A DNA stretch of 64,000 nt from an uncultured delta proteobacterium (GTDB lineage Bacteria; Desulfobacterota; RBG-13-43-22), in NCBI GenBank assembly GCA_963790475.1, contig CAWBOS010000012.1:608001-672000 (forward strand), written 5' to 3'. The position numbers and the translations under genes are program-made. Position 1 is the stretch's first letter. Every line of letters begins with the position of its first letter. The notes beneath the pieces were generated by a model. That model saw only the letters and a list, made by a program, of their open reading frames with translations. It had not been told where the DNA came from and ran no database searches. Below are positions 1-8,769 of the stretch, in pieces.

Positions 1-60
1 CTGCCCTAAAAGCAGTTCCGATCCAATGGCAATAATTTCAGCCGTATTTTTATTATTCAT
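1..60 (-). CDS. cinA: CinA/molybdopterin-binding-domain (competence/damage-inducible) protein, 5' end only; runs off the window
   Basis: Manual translation from ATG at 60: MNNKNTAEIIAIGSELLLGQ, matching the CinA N-terminal AEIIxIGxELLxG motif. Confidence 0.7.
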   Translation of the reverse strand, partial: MNNKNTAEIIAIGSELLLGQ

Positions 61-88
61 TATCAAGGCTTTCTGATTATGGGCCAGG

Positions 89-358
89 TTATTGTCTGCG
101 GACCTTACCCCAATCCGGTTTTCTTTTTTCGAAAAAGGCGGAGATGCCTTCCCTCTTTTCTTCGGCCGGGACCTGGTCTTCAAGATAACCGCCCATGGCT
201 CTGGCCTCATCGTAGGGCAAATTGTAACCCCTGAGGAGATGTTCTTTCCTGGCCCTCAGATGGGTAGGGCAGTTGCCCAGCAGCGTTTCGGCCATTTCCA
301 TGGCCGAGGGCATCAAATCCTTACCTTTTTTCTCATAGAGCACTAATGACTGGGACAT
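89..358 (-). pseudogene. Enoyl-CoA hydratase/isomerase, internally deleted remnant
   Basis: Crotonase-like start (MSQSLVLYEKKG) joined directly to the crotonase C-terminus (EEKREGISAFFEKRKPDW); 89 aa, catalytic core missing; RBS AAGGAGG retained. Confidence 0.7.
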
Positions 359-414
359 GGGTACCTCCTTTGAATGCAGGATACTTTGATATGGGCTTGC
401 TTTTGAATGAAAAG

Positions 415-443
415 AATATAGAATAGGGAAAAGACAGGGTCAA
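415..443 (-). promoter_or_regulatory. Sigma70-type promoter TTGACC-N17-TATATT
   Basis: -35 at 443-438 and -10 at 420-415 on the minus strand, upstream of the 358 start. Confidence 0.6.
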
Positions 444-468
444 GAAGAAAAGGGAGGAGAATCGACCT

Positions 469-1614
469 ATGAAATATCGACCTTTTGGCCAGCTCGACTT
501 TCAAGTTTCGGCACTCGGGTTCGGGGCCATGCGGCTTCCGGTGATCGATGGGGATCAGGGAAAAATCAATGAGCCGGAGGCGGTCAGGATGATCCGTTAT
601 GCCATTGATCATGGCGTCAACTACGTGGATACGGCCTGGCCCTACCACGAAGGTCGCAGCGAAGGGGCGGTGGGAAAAGCGCTCCAAGACCGGTATCGGA
701 ATAAGGTCAAATTGGCCACCAAATCACCGGCCCGGCTGGTCAAAACCGCCGCAGACTTTGATCGTTTTCTGAATGAACAACTCCAGCGTTTGCAGACCGA
801 TCATCTGGATTTTTATCTTTTGCACGGGCTCAACAAAAGAACCTGGCCGATAGTCCGCGATTTGGACGTGTTTGACTGGGCGGAAAAGACCATACGGGAG
901 GGCAGATTCCTCCACCTTGGATTTTCATTTCATGACGAGCTGGAGGTGTTCAAGGAAATTGTTGATGCCTATGAGCGATGGACTTTCTGCCAAATCCAAT
1001 ACAATTTTATGGATACGGAATATCAGGCGGGCACCAAAGGACTTCAGTACGCGGCGGACAAGGGATTGGCCGTGGTGATAATGGAACCCATACGGGGTGG
1101 GCAGTTAGCCAAACAGCCACCGGAGAGCGTGGTCCAAATATGGGAATCAGCGTCGAAGAAACGATCGCCGGCCGAATGGGCCTTGCAATGGGTCTGGAAC
1201 CATCCGGAGGTCTCCACGGTCTTAAGCGGAATGACCACCATGGAACAGGTTATGGAAAATGTTGAAGCGGCGGATCGTTCCGGCCCAAAGACCCTCAACG
1301 AAGAAGATTTGTCCTTGATAGGAAAGGTTGGGGAAGAATATGGGAAAAAATCTCCCATCCCCTGTACCAAATGCAAATACTGCCTCCCCTGCCCCAATGA
1401 AGTCAATATTCCGGGAATTTTGGGATTATATAACGATGCCATGATGTATGGCGACCCGATACGCATGCGGCGCCTTTATCAAATTCGAATCCAGGAAGGC
1501 GAGCGGGCCGATCAATGTCTGGAATGCAAGGAATGCGAAGACCTCTGCCCCCAGGGGATTGCTATTTCGGAATGGATCAAAAGGGCGGATGAATTGCTTG
1601 ACCCCAAGCGTTGA
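469..1614 (+). CDS. Aldo/keto reductase with C-terminal 4Fe-4S dicluster domain
   Basis: LGFGAMRLP, DTAWPYH, LATK and YLLHGL motifs; two CxxCxxCxxxCP-like motifs (CTKCKYCLPCP, CLECKECEDLCP); RBS GGAGGAG. Confidence 0.92.
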   Translation: MKYRPFGQLDFQVSALGFGAMRLPVIDGDQGKINEPEAVRMIRYAIDHGVNYVDTAWPYHEGRSEGAVGKALQDRYRNKVKLATKSPARLVKTAADFDRFLNEQLQRLQTDHLDFYLLHGLNKRTWPIVRDLDVFDWAEKTIREGRFLHLGFSFHDELEVFKEIVDAYERWTFCQIQYNFMDTEYQAGTKGLQYAADKGLAVVIMEPIRGGQLAKQPPESVVQIWESASKKRSPAEWALQWVWNHPEVSTVLSGMTTMEQVMENVEAADRSGPKTLNEEDLSLIGKVGEEYGKKSPIPCTKCKYCLPCPNEVNIPGILGLYNDAMMYGDPIRMRRLYQIRIQEGERADQCLECKECEDLCPQGIAISEWIKRADELLDPKR

Positions 1615-1715
1615 ACAAGAAAAACATTAAAAATATAGGTGAAGTTCGGCTCATTTTTTTCAGAAAATAATCTTCCCACCGAACAGGACCCCCGCCAAAG
1701 GTTTCAGGAGAAAGC

Positions 1716-2939
1716 ATGTCTGATTTGTTGAAAAAAGAAATTTCCGCCATAGAAAAAGAAGTCCTAAGCCTTCGTCGTGATTTCCACCGACATCCAGAAA
1801 TAGGTTTGAAAGAGATTCGTACCTCAGGAGTTATCGCCGAATATTTGGGGAAGGCCGGCCTGGCTGTTAAAACAGAGGTGGGGCAAACCGGTGTGGTCGG
1901 TTTACTTCAGGGAAAGAATCCCGGAAAAACATTAATGATTCGTGCGGATATGGATGGCCTTCCCATCCAGGAAAAAACCCAGGTCCCTTATCGGTCTGAA
2001 AATGACGGGGTCATGCATGCCTGCGGTCATGATGGTCATATGGCCATTTTACTGGGGGCGGCAAAAATATTGAAGTCCCACCGGGGTGAGATTTCAGGAA
2101 ATATAAAATTTGTCTTTCAACCCGGTGAAGAAGGCTACGACGGGGCACGATTGATGATCGAGGAGGGCGTTTTAGAAGACCCCAAGGTTGACGCGGCGAT
2201 CGGTCTTCACCTCGGTAATAAGCTTCAGGTCGGAAAGATTGGGGTCAGGGATGGGGCAACCATGGCCAGTTCGGATGCTTTTTCCATCAGGGTCTATCGT
2301 CAAATGGGTCACGGTGCTCACCCGGAAAGCGGGGTGGATGCTATTTTTATCAGCGGTAACGTCATCACTTCTTTGCAGAGTCTGGTCAGCAGGGAGGTTT
2401 CAGCCCTAAATCCGGTCGTGGTGCATATCGGAATGATAAAAGGCGGGACAGCGGGAAACATTATTGCCGATCGGGTAACCCTCAGAACCGTAGTCAGGAC
2501 CTTGGATGCCGAGCTCCGGGGAACCATCCAGCAGAGGATGGATCGAATTCTTAAAGGGATCACCTCCGCCTTTCGAGGCTCTCATGCGATAAGATATCTT
2601 GGCGGGGTCGGCCCGGTTATAAACGATCCGGCCATCTCCGATGTGATCAGGTCGGCGGCGATTCAATCGGTCGGCAGGGGAAATATCATCAACCCGGAAC
2701 CTTCCATGGGTAGTGATGATATGGCCAGATTTCTGGAAGCGGTCCCAGGCTGCTATTTCGGTCTTGGAGTAGGAAATAAGGAAAGAGGTTTTCACTATCC
2801 CGTCCATCATCCAATGTTTGATATGGATGAAGACGGCCTGGTCATCGGGGTTGAAACCCTGGTGCGATCCGCTTTGCTCTATCTCAAATCGGATGATCAT
2901 GAAATTGCCCTTTATACGGGGTCTAATAAGAGAGGGTGA
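1716..2939 (+). CDS. M20D family amidohydrolase
   Basis: RRDFHRHPE, RADMDGLP, MHACGHDGH, FQPGEEG and HHPMFD motifs. Confidence 0.92.
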   Translation: MSDLLKKEISAIEKEVLSLRRDFHRHPEIGLKEIRTSGVIAEYLGKAGLAVKTEVGQTGVVGLLQGKNPGKTLMIRADMDGLPIQEKTQVPYRSENDGVMHACGHDGHMAILLGAAKILKSHRGEISGNIKFVFQPGEEGYDGARLMIEEGVLEDPKVDAAIGLHLGNKLQVGKIGVRDGATMASSDAFSIRVYRQMGHGAHPESGVDAIFISGNVITSLQSLVSREVSALNPVVVHIGMIKGGTAGNIIADRVTLRTVVRTLDAELRGTIQQRMDRILKGITSAFRGSHAIRYLGGVGPVINDPAISDVIRSAAIQSVGRGNIINPEPSMGSDDMARFLEAVPGCYFGLGVGNKERGFHYPVHHPMFDMDEDGLVIGVETLVRSALLYLKSDDHEIALYTGSNKRG

Positions 2940-2957
2940 AGAGAGCCGGGAGGTTTA

Positions 2958-4388
2958 ATGGATATATTCCAGGAATACGAAAACTATGATGCATTAGGTC
3001 TGGCACAACTTGTCAAAGAGGGTGACATCAGGGCCGAAGAGCTCCTGGAGGCGGCTGTTAACCGGGTTGAGAAACACAATCTCAAGCTCAACGCGGTCGT
3101 CAATAAGATGTACGATCAAGCGAGGGCTAGCATTGCCGCCGGTCTGCCCAAAGGCCCCTTAGAGGGGGTTCCATTTCTATTAAAGGATTTGGGGGTTTTT
3201 TATAAGGGCGTTCCGACCACCTATGGTTCCCGGATGTTCACAGAAGCTATCCCGGACCATGATTCGGAGCTGGTCCTCAGATACAGAAAGGCAGGACTGG
3301 TTATCTTCGGCAAGACCAACACCCCGGAATTTGGTATGACCCTCACCACCGAACCTCTGCTCTTCGGACCCTGTCGTAATCCCTGGAATCCGGCTCGCAC
3401 ACCCGGAGGATCAAGCGGGGGCGCGGGGGCGGCCGTCGCCTCAGGCATGGTCCCCGTAGCCCATGCCTCGGACGGTGGAGGATCGATTCGAGTCCCGGCC
3501 TCCTGCTGCGGACTTTTCGGGTTAAAACCCACCCGGGCCAGGACCTCTTTTGCACCTGACGCCGGAGAGGGCTGGGCCGGCATGAGCGTGCATCATGTTA
3601 TCAGCCGTTCGGTGAGGGACAGCGCGGCCTTTTTAGACGCGACGGCCGGACCTGTTCCCGGAGACCCCTATTGGGCTCCGCCCCCTAAACGTCTATTCCT
3701 CGACGAGGTCGGGGAACCTCCGGGGCGGTTAAAAATTGCATTTACGACGACTCCCCCGACCGGGATGGCAGTGGATCAGGAGTGCATCCAGGCCACCCAG
3801 GCGGCCGCGAAATTGTGTGAGGAACTGGGTCATCAGGTCGAGGAAAAGGCCCCGATCATAGATCAGGAAGTTTTGGGTCCCGCGGTGGTGAATATAATTA
3901 ACGTCAGCATATTGGGAAATATTGCGCTTAGGCTTAAGGAGCTTGGCCGGGAATTACTCCCGGAAGATGTGGAGAAGGTCACCTGGCGCGCCGCTGAAAA
4001 CGGGAAAACCCTCTCGGCCGCCGATTACTTCAACTCGGTCCAGACCATTCACCGGACCGGAAGGCAGGCGGCGCTATTTTTTGAGGACTACGATATCCTC
4101 TTGAGTCCTGTTTTACTGAAACCGCCAATTTTACTGGGAAGGCTGAATATGATGACCGATGATATGAGGCAGTACGTCCGGGAATTGACCGGTTTTTTCG
4201 GTTTTACCAGTCTGTTTAATGCCACAGGGCAGCCTTCCATGTCTGTTCCCCTTTATTGGACGGCAGACAATCTGCCGGTCGGTCTGCAATTTACGGCCCG
4301 ATTCGGTGAAGAGGCCGTGCTGTTTCGTCTGGCTTCCCAGCTCGAAACGGAGCGCCCCTGGAAAGACCGGAGACCGGTCTTGGATTAA
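2958..4388 (+). CDS. Amidase (amidase signature family)
   Basis: GVPFLLKDL, GKTNTPEFG, PGGSSGG and SDGGGSIRVPASCCG (Ser-cisSer-Lys triad). Confidence 0.95.
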   Translation: MDIFQEYENYDALGLAQLVKEGDIRAEELLEAAVNRVEKHNLKLNAVVNKMYDQARASIAAGLPKGPLEGVPFLLKDLGVFYKGVPTTYGSRMFTEAIPDHDSELVLRYRKAGLVIFGKTNTPEFGMTLTTEPLLFGPCRNPWNPARTPGGSSGGAGAAVASGMVPVAHASDGGGSIRVPASCCGLFGLKPTRARTSFAPDAGEGWAGMSVHHVISRSVRDSAAFLDATAGPVPGDPYWAPPPKRLFLDEVGEPPGRLKIAFTTTPPTGMAVDQECIQATQAAAKLCEELGHQVEEKAPIIDQEVLGPAVVNIINVSILGNIALRLKELGRELLPEDVEKVTWRAAENGKTLSAADYFNSVQTIHRTGRQAALFFEDYDILLSPVLLKPPILLGRLNMMTDDMRQYVRELTGFFGFTSLFNATGQPSMSVPLYWTADNLPVGLQFTARFGEEAVLFRLASQLETERPWKDRRPVLD

Positions 4389-4398
4389 TAAGACCATT

Positions 4399-5805
4399 GA
4401 ACCTTTTGCAAAACTTATAAAAACTGCATGATGAAATATATCAGCAGGCAGTTATCCCAGTCGATTTAGAAATTTTGGGTCTTTCTTAACGACGATAGTC
4501 AGATTTGAGACTTTGGTAACAATTTTCAGGCATAGTTCTCCTCCTGACCTGAACTTTTCACCCCGTTCTTTGAAAATTTACTCAGGAAGCCAACTTTATC
4601 AACTGATCCGCAAAGAGCGCCAGGACGCCAAACATGAGATGGAGATTGACTTTCAAGGCTCCTCGGACCATGACATTCTTGGCACCGAACTCTTCTTTTA
4701 ACCGGCTATTGAACCGTTCTGATGCTGTCCTTCCATTAAATCTTCTGGCCTCGTGGGGAGCCATAGGGATCACATCCTTACCGCGGAAGTTCTTGTCGAT
4801 AATGGGCACATGTCCCAGAGCTCTGCTGATTGCATAGATAGATCCAGCGTCATAAGCGGCATCCATCAAATCATAAAGATAATCCACCTTGGAACTAGTC
4901 ATCTTCATTAACGGTATAGCGACCTGGCTGTCATGAAGCGATGCTGCGGTCAAGACGACACTCACCGGCAATCCGCAATCATTAACATCGGCATGGAGTT
5001 TATACCCGACCCAGGTCTCTTTGTACCCTTTGGAGTTCTTCTTGGTCCCTACGTCGCAGTAAACCGGCAATTCTTTTAAGGCCTCTTCAACTGATTGCTC
5101 TCGTTGCCTGGTCAAGCGTTTGTCTTCCTTGGAATCACGGAGTTCTCCCTTGACTGGACGTCCTCTCTTCTTCGGCGCAGGCTTTTCTTTTACAGGCTTC
5201 TTAGTCGGCTTTTCCCGACCTTCTATGGCCGTTGCGTCTCGGGATATATGACCAACCAGTTCCGGCTTTAAACAACGTTCCACCAGGGCTTCGTGAACTT
5301 TTTCGCCAAGCCCCCCTTCGGCAAACTCCGCAAAGGCCCTGGAAAAAGTGGCCTCAGAGGGAATGTCGGATACCTTTTCGAACCCGCAGATGCGTCTTAC
5401 ATTAGACGTCGTTTTCAAATGTTCAATGGTTGATCTGGTGAAGGAATGGTTATAGACCGTCTTGGCCACAAAAGCCCGCGCTATCGCTTGGCGCTCAAGG
5501 ATCTTCCTCCCCATCCACTGATTTAAAGAACTCCGGGGAACATATCTTTCAACCTCAACCAGTTCCAATATCGTCACCAGCCGTTCCTCTTTTTCAGTCA
5601 AAGGCTGTTCCCAACATTCTTCTAAATCGGAAAATAAACCTTGTTGCAATCTACCCCTTAACCATGATACTTTTTTCCAGAGCTTCATCGGTGTCTCCTG
5701 TGTTTTTTTGTGTTCTTTCTAAACATCATCTTAACACAGAACCACCGCTGAGGCTCACTCTTTATGCTTGTCTATTCCCTAAAAATAGACTTTTGCAAGA
5801 GGCTC
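4399..5805 (-). mobile_element. IS1182/IS5-like insertion sequence, 1407 bp
   Basis: Imperfect terminal IRs (GAACCTTTTGCAAAA at 4399; reverse complement GAGCCTCTTGCAAAA ending at 5805); 4-bp direct repeat CATT at 4395-4398 and 5806-5809; single DDE transposase inside. Confidence 0.85.
4582..5688 (-). CDS. DDE transposase (IS1182/IS5-like)
   Basis: IPSEATFSR, SRDATAI (D), GYKLH, LMDAAYD (D) and RTASERFNSRLK (E) motifs. Confidence 0.9.
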   Translation of the reverse strand: MKLWKKVSWLRGRLQQGLFSDLEECWEQPLTEKEERLVTILELVEVERYVPRSSLNQWMGRKILERQAIARAFVAKTVYNHSFTRSTIEHLKTTSNVRRICGFEKVSDIPSEATFSRAFAEFAEGGLGEKVHEALVERCLKPELVGHISRDATAIEGREKPTKKPVKEKPAPKKRGRPVKGELRDSKEDKRLTRQREQSVEEALKELPVYCDVGTKKNSKGYKETWVGYKLHADVNDCGLPVSVVLTAASLHDSQVAIPLMKMTSSKVDYLYDLMDAAYDAGSIYAISRALGHVPIIDKNFRGKDVIPMAPHEARRFNGRTASERFNSRLKEEFGAKNVMVRGALKVNLHLMFGVLALFADQLIKLAS

Positions 5806-5833
5806 CATTATAACTCGCGCAACCATTTTCCGA

Positions 5834-5938
5834 TCAGGATTTTTGCTTCTCTGAACGGGCCAGTGCTTCCTTGACCGGTTTCCGGGTCAGGGGCAGCTCA
5901 TAGAGCCGTGCATCCATGGCGGTATCGAAGTTGGTGTC
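5834..5938 (-). pseudogene. Probable C-terminal remnant of a xanthine dehydrogenase-family molybdopterin-binding subunit
   Basis: Manual translation DTAMDARLYELPLTRKPVKEALARSEKQKS* resembles the family tail DAxGxRxxELPLTPExVxxAL; no start codon. Confidence 0.4.
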
Positions 5939-6059
5939 AAGTACCTCCCCCCTTTGAGCCGGATTTATGGTGGACAAACCCCGGGAAAGAAGACCCCCCC
6001 GATCCCAATTTAGGCGATCTCTTCATTTTCATATCAAGACTATTAGGAGGTCCTTAATA

Positions 6060-7373
6060 TTAGGGGATAACCCCTTCCTCTTTGAAACGTTCGATATCTT
6101 CCCAGGAATACCCTTCCTCCAGGAGGACCTCCTCCGTGTGCTGACTGAACTCGGGCGCCGGCATCCTGATAGTCGCCGGGGTCTTACTCATATTCACCGG
6201 GCTGGCCATGATCTCCATCCGTCCGTAACTGGGGTGGTCAAAGGGCAGAAAAAAGTTGTTGGCCCTGGCCTGGGGATCGTTAATAACTTCAACCAGAGTT
6301 TGAACCGGCGAAGCCGGCAGGTCCGACAGTAGAGGCCGCCATTCTTCAAGGGTCCGGGTCAGAAAGGCCTCTCGGAAAATATGGTAAAGTTCTTTCCGGT
6401 TTTCCTGCCGCGCCTCCAGGGTGGCAAACCTGGGGTCAGGTTCCAGTTCCTGACGGTCGATCAGTTTACAGAATTTCGACCAATAGCGGTCTGCCTGCAG
6501 GGCATTAAAACGGATCAATTTTCCGTCCTTGGTCCCATAGGTATTGGCCATGGGATTGGGCAGGCGTTCCCGGTAAAAATCAGCCAGACGCTTGATGGCG
6601 CTCCGGGAATCATTAATGAGCGCGTCCCGTTGTTTCCTTTCCTCTTCCGTCCCTTCGAAGGCCTCAAGCCGGTACTCCATTTCATCCTGCCCTGTGGTCA
6701 AGGCTGCCGCGACGTCAAAGGTCAACTGGTAAAGCCCGGTAAAGAACAGGGAGACGTCCACCTCCTGTCCCACGCCCAGCCGGTCCCGGGCATAAAGGGC
6801 ATTCATCACGCCGAAGGCCAGCCCCAGCCCGGCCACGTTGTCGCCGAAGGCCGGTCGTGAATTAGGGCCCGACATGCCGGGAATGGTCAGCAAATGATTG
6901 ATACCCGACCTCGCCCAGTATACGGTGGTGTCGTAAGCGGGCATGTCCTTGTCCGGACCTTTCATACCATGCCCGGTGACCGAACCATAGATCAGACGAG
7001 GATTCATGGTGCTGAGGGTCTCATATCCCATTCCGAACTTTTTCCGCTCGGAGAGCCTTAAATTGGTCAAAAAGATATCCGCCTTCTCGGCCATTTTATA
7101 AATGATTTTCCTACCCCCCTCCTTGGAGAGGTCGATGGCCACACCGCGTTTGTTCCGATTAAAGACCTCCCAGTTATAGGGGATGTCAGAGGGTATCCCG
7201 GCCGGTCCGCCGCCGGCCCCGGCCTGGAGATTTCGCCAGGAATCGCCGGTCACGGCGTTCTCGATATGAAGGACCTCCGCCCCGAAATCGGCCAGGTGGC
7301 GGGCGCACATGGGTACCGCCGCCACCTGAGATACATCGATCACTTTTATACCTTCCAGGGCCATGGGCGTCAT
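6060..7373 (-). CDS. CoA-transferase family III (CaiB/BaiF)
   Basis: ALEGIKVIDVS, LADFGAEV, NRNKRGVAIDL, FGDNVAG (catalytic Asp region) and APEFSQHTEEVL motifs. Confidence 0.93.
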   Translation of the reverse strand: MTPMALEGIKVIDVSQVAAVPMCARHLADFGAEVLHIENAVTGDSWRNLQAGAGGGPAGIPSDIPYNWEVFNRNKRGVAIDLSKEGGRKIIYKMAEKADIFLTNLRLSERKKFGMGYETLSTMNPRLIYGSVTGHGMKGPDKDMPAYDTTVYWARSGINHLLTIPGMSGPNSRPAFGDNVAGLGLAFGVMNALYARDRLGVGQEVDVSLFFTGLYQLTFDVAAALTTGQDEMEYRLEAFEGTEEERKQRDALINDSRSAIKRLADFYRERLPNPMANTYGTKDGKLIRFNALQADRYWSKFCKLIDRQELEPDPRFATLEARQENRKELYHIFREAFLTRTLEEWRPLLSDLPASPVQTLVEVINDPQARANNFFLPFDHPSYGRMEIMASPVNMSKTPATIRMPAPEFSQHTEEVLLEEGYSWEDIERFKEEGVIP

Positions 7374-7443
7374 TTAGTGTTTTCCTCCTGTGTCAGTGGT
7401 CTTTTCTTCCGGTCCTGTTTAACCATACTTCTTATGTTATTTA

Positions 7444-7455
7444 TTGTCATGACAA
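7444..7455. promoter_or_regulatory. Perfect 12-bp palindrome TTGTCATGACAA, candidate GntR/FadR-type operator
   Basis: Lies between the minus-strand promoter (7486-7514) and the CoA-transferase start. Confidence 0.4.
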
Positions 7456-7485
7456 CTTGATAAGACCTTTCTATTTGATGAAATG

Positions 7486-7514
7486 AGTATAGGGTAAGAA
7501 AAAGACAGGATCAA
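7486..7514 (-). promoter_or_regulatory. Sigma70-type promoter TTGATC-N17-TATACT for the CoA-transferase
   Basis: -35 at 7514-7509 and -10 at 7491-7486. Confidence 0.6.
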
Positions 7515-7569
7515 GAATAAAAAAAGAGCGAAAGGCAGGGATGGGGTCCCTTCGGTTTCCCCTAAACCC

Positions 7570-7599
7570 TTGACTTGCAGTCTGCTACTCAATTATACT
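7570..7599 (+). promoter_or_regulatory. Sigma70-type promoter TTGACT-N17-TATACT upstream of the TAXI pseudogene
   Basis: Near-consensus hexamers with a 17-bp spacer. Confidence 0.55.
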
Positions 7600-7703
7600 C
7601 AAATCATCTGGAGCAAGCGCCAGTCCACTAGCAAAAGGCCTGACCGATGGTTCTCGAATTCTCATAATGGTATTATTGTTATAACCATAAGAGGTGAGAG
7701 ACA

Positions 7704-8740
7704 ATGGGCCGGAACAAAATCAGGGAGTTAAATCTAAAAGCAATCTTAAAATTTTTCATCCCTGTCATTTTGATCATCGTGATCATCGGCTGGGCGAGTT
7801 ATCATTTTGTTCATCCGATCCCCCCGAAAACTCTGGTGATGAGTACCGGCATGGAGCTGGGCTCATTTGTTCTCTTCGGTGAACGTTACCGGCAGATGCC
7901 GGCCCGAAAGGCATCCATGTAAAACTCCTTCCCTCATCAGGAGCCGTGGAGAATTTGAAACGCCTGAGGGATCAATCCCAGAGGGTTGATGCCGGTTTTG
8001 TCCAGGGAATGCTTCACGATAAAGATATCAAACTGATGAGTTTCAACCAGGCGGAATCCTACACCAGGCTTTTCCCCCGCCTGTCTCACGTGATTTTGCC
8101 CAAGGGAATAGTGAACCTGTCTGAAAGATACCCTTCCTCGGATATTCATCTTCTATCCTCGACGGTAAATCTTATGGGGCGCAAAACCCTGCCTCCGGCC
8201 TTGATTTATCTGCTTCTGAGACCTCTATGGAAATGTATAGCGGTGCCGACTGGATTCACAAGGCAGGTGAATTCCCTTCATTGAAGACCCAGGATTTCCT
8301 GATCAGTGAACAGGCTCAGCGGTTTTACAAGGCGGGGGGTTCGGTCCTTTATGATTCCCTGCCCTTTTGGGCAGCCGCATTCTTCAACAGCATGCTCCTG
8401 ATACTTATTCCCCTGGGAGTGATATTGATTCCAATGATTGGAATCCTGCCCTGGCTGTATACCTGGAGAAACCGGTCGAAATATTATCGCCGGTACCGAG
8501 AACTTAGAAATTTTGAAAAGGATATGACGGAATACTGCCTATTAGAAAATTTTAATGATTATCAGGAGCGTCTCGCTTAAATCGAGAAAGCGGTCACCGG
8601 ATCAAGATTTCGGTTCCTTTTTATGATGAGGTTTTTATTTTGAAAGGGCACATCCAAATGGTGAGGCAAAGGCTTATCGATTTGAATCATGCGCTATCAA
8701 AAAATTCCGATGCTACTAATACTAATCATTCTAAAATAGA
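7704..8740 (+). pseudogene. TAXI-family TRAP solute-receptor-like membrane protein, disrupted
   Basis: Fragments in different frames: PIPPKTLVMSTG / GAVENLKRL..VDAGFVQG / LPKGIVNL / GEFPS..SEQAQRFYK..LPFWAA. Several frameshifts, a stop and an apparent internal deletion after DAGFVQG. Confidence 0.78.
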
Positions 8741-8769
8741 CTGACGGCATACCTATTCAACGATTTCAC

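Noticed and set aside
3480-3500. GATTCGAGTCCC resembling a tRNA T-loop
   Set aside because: It lies within the amidase GGSIRVP codons and no cloverleaf can be formed.
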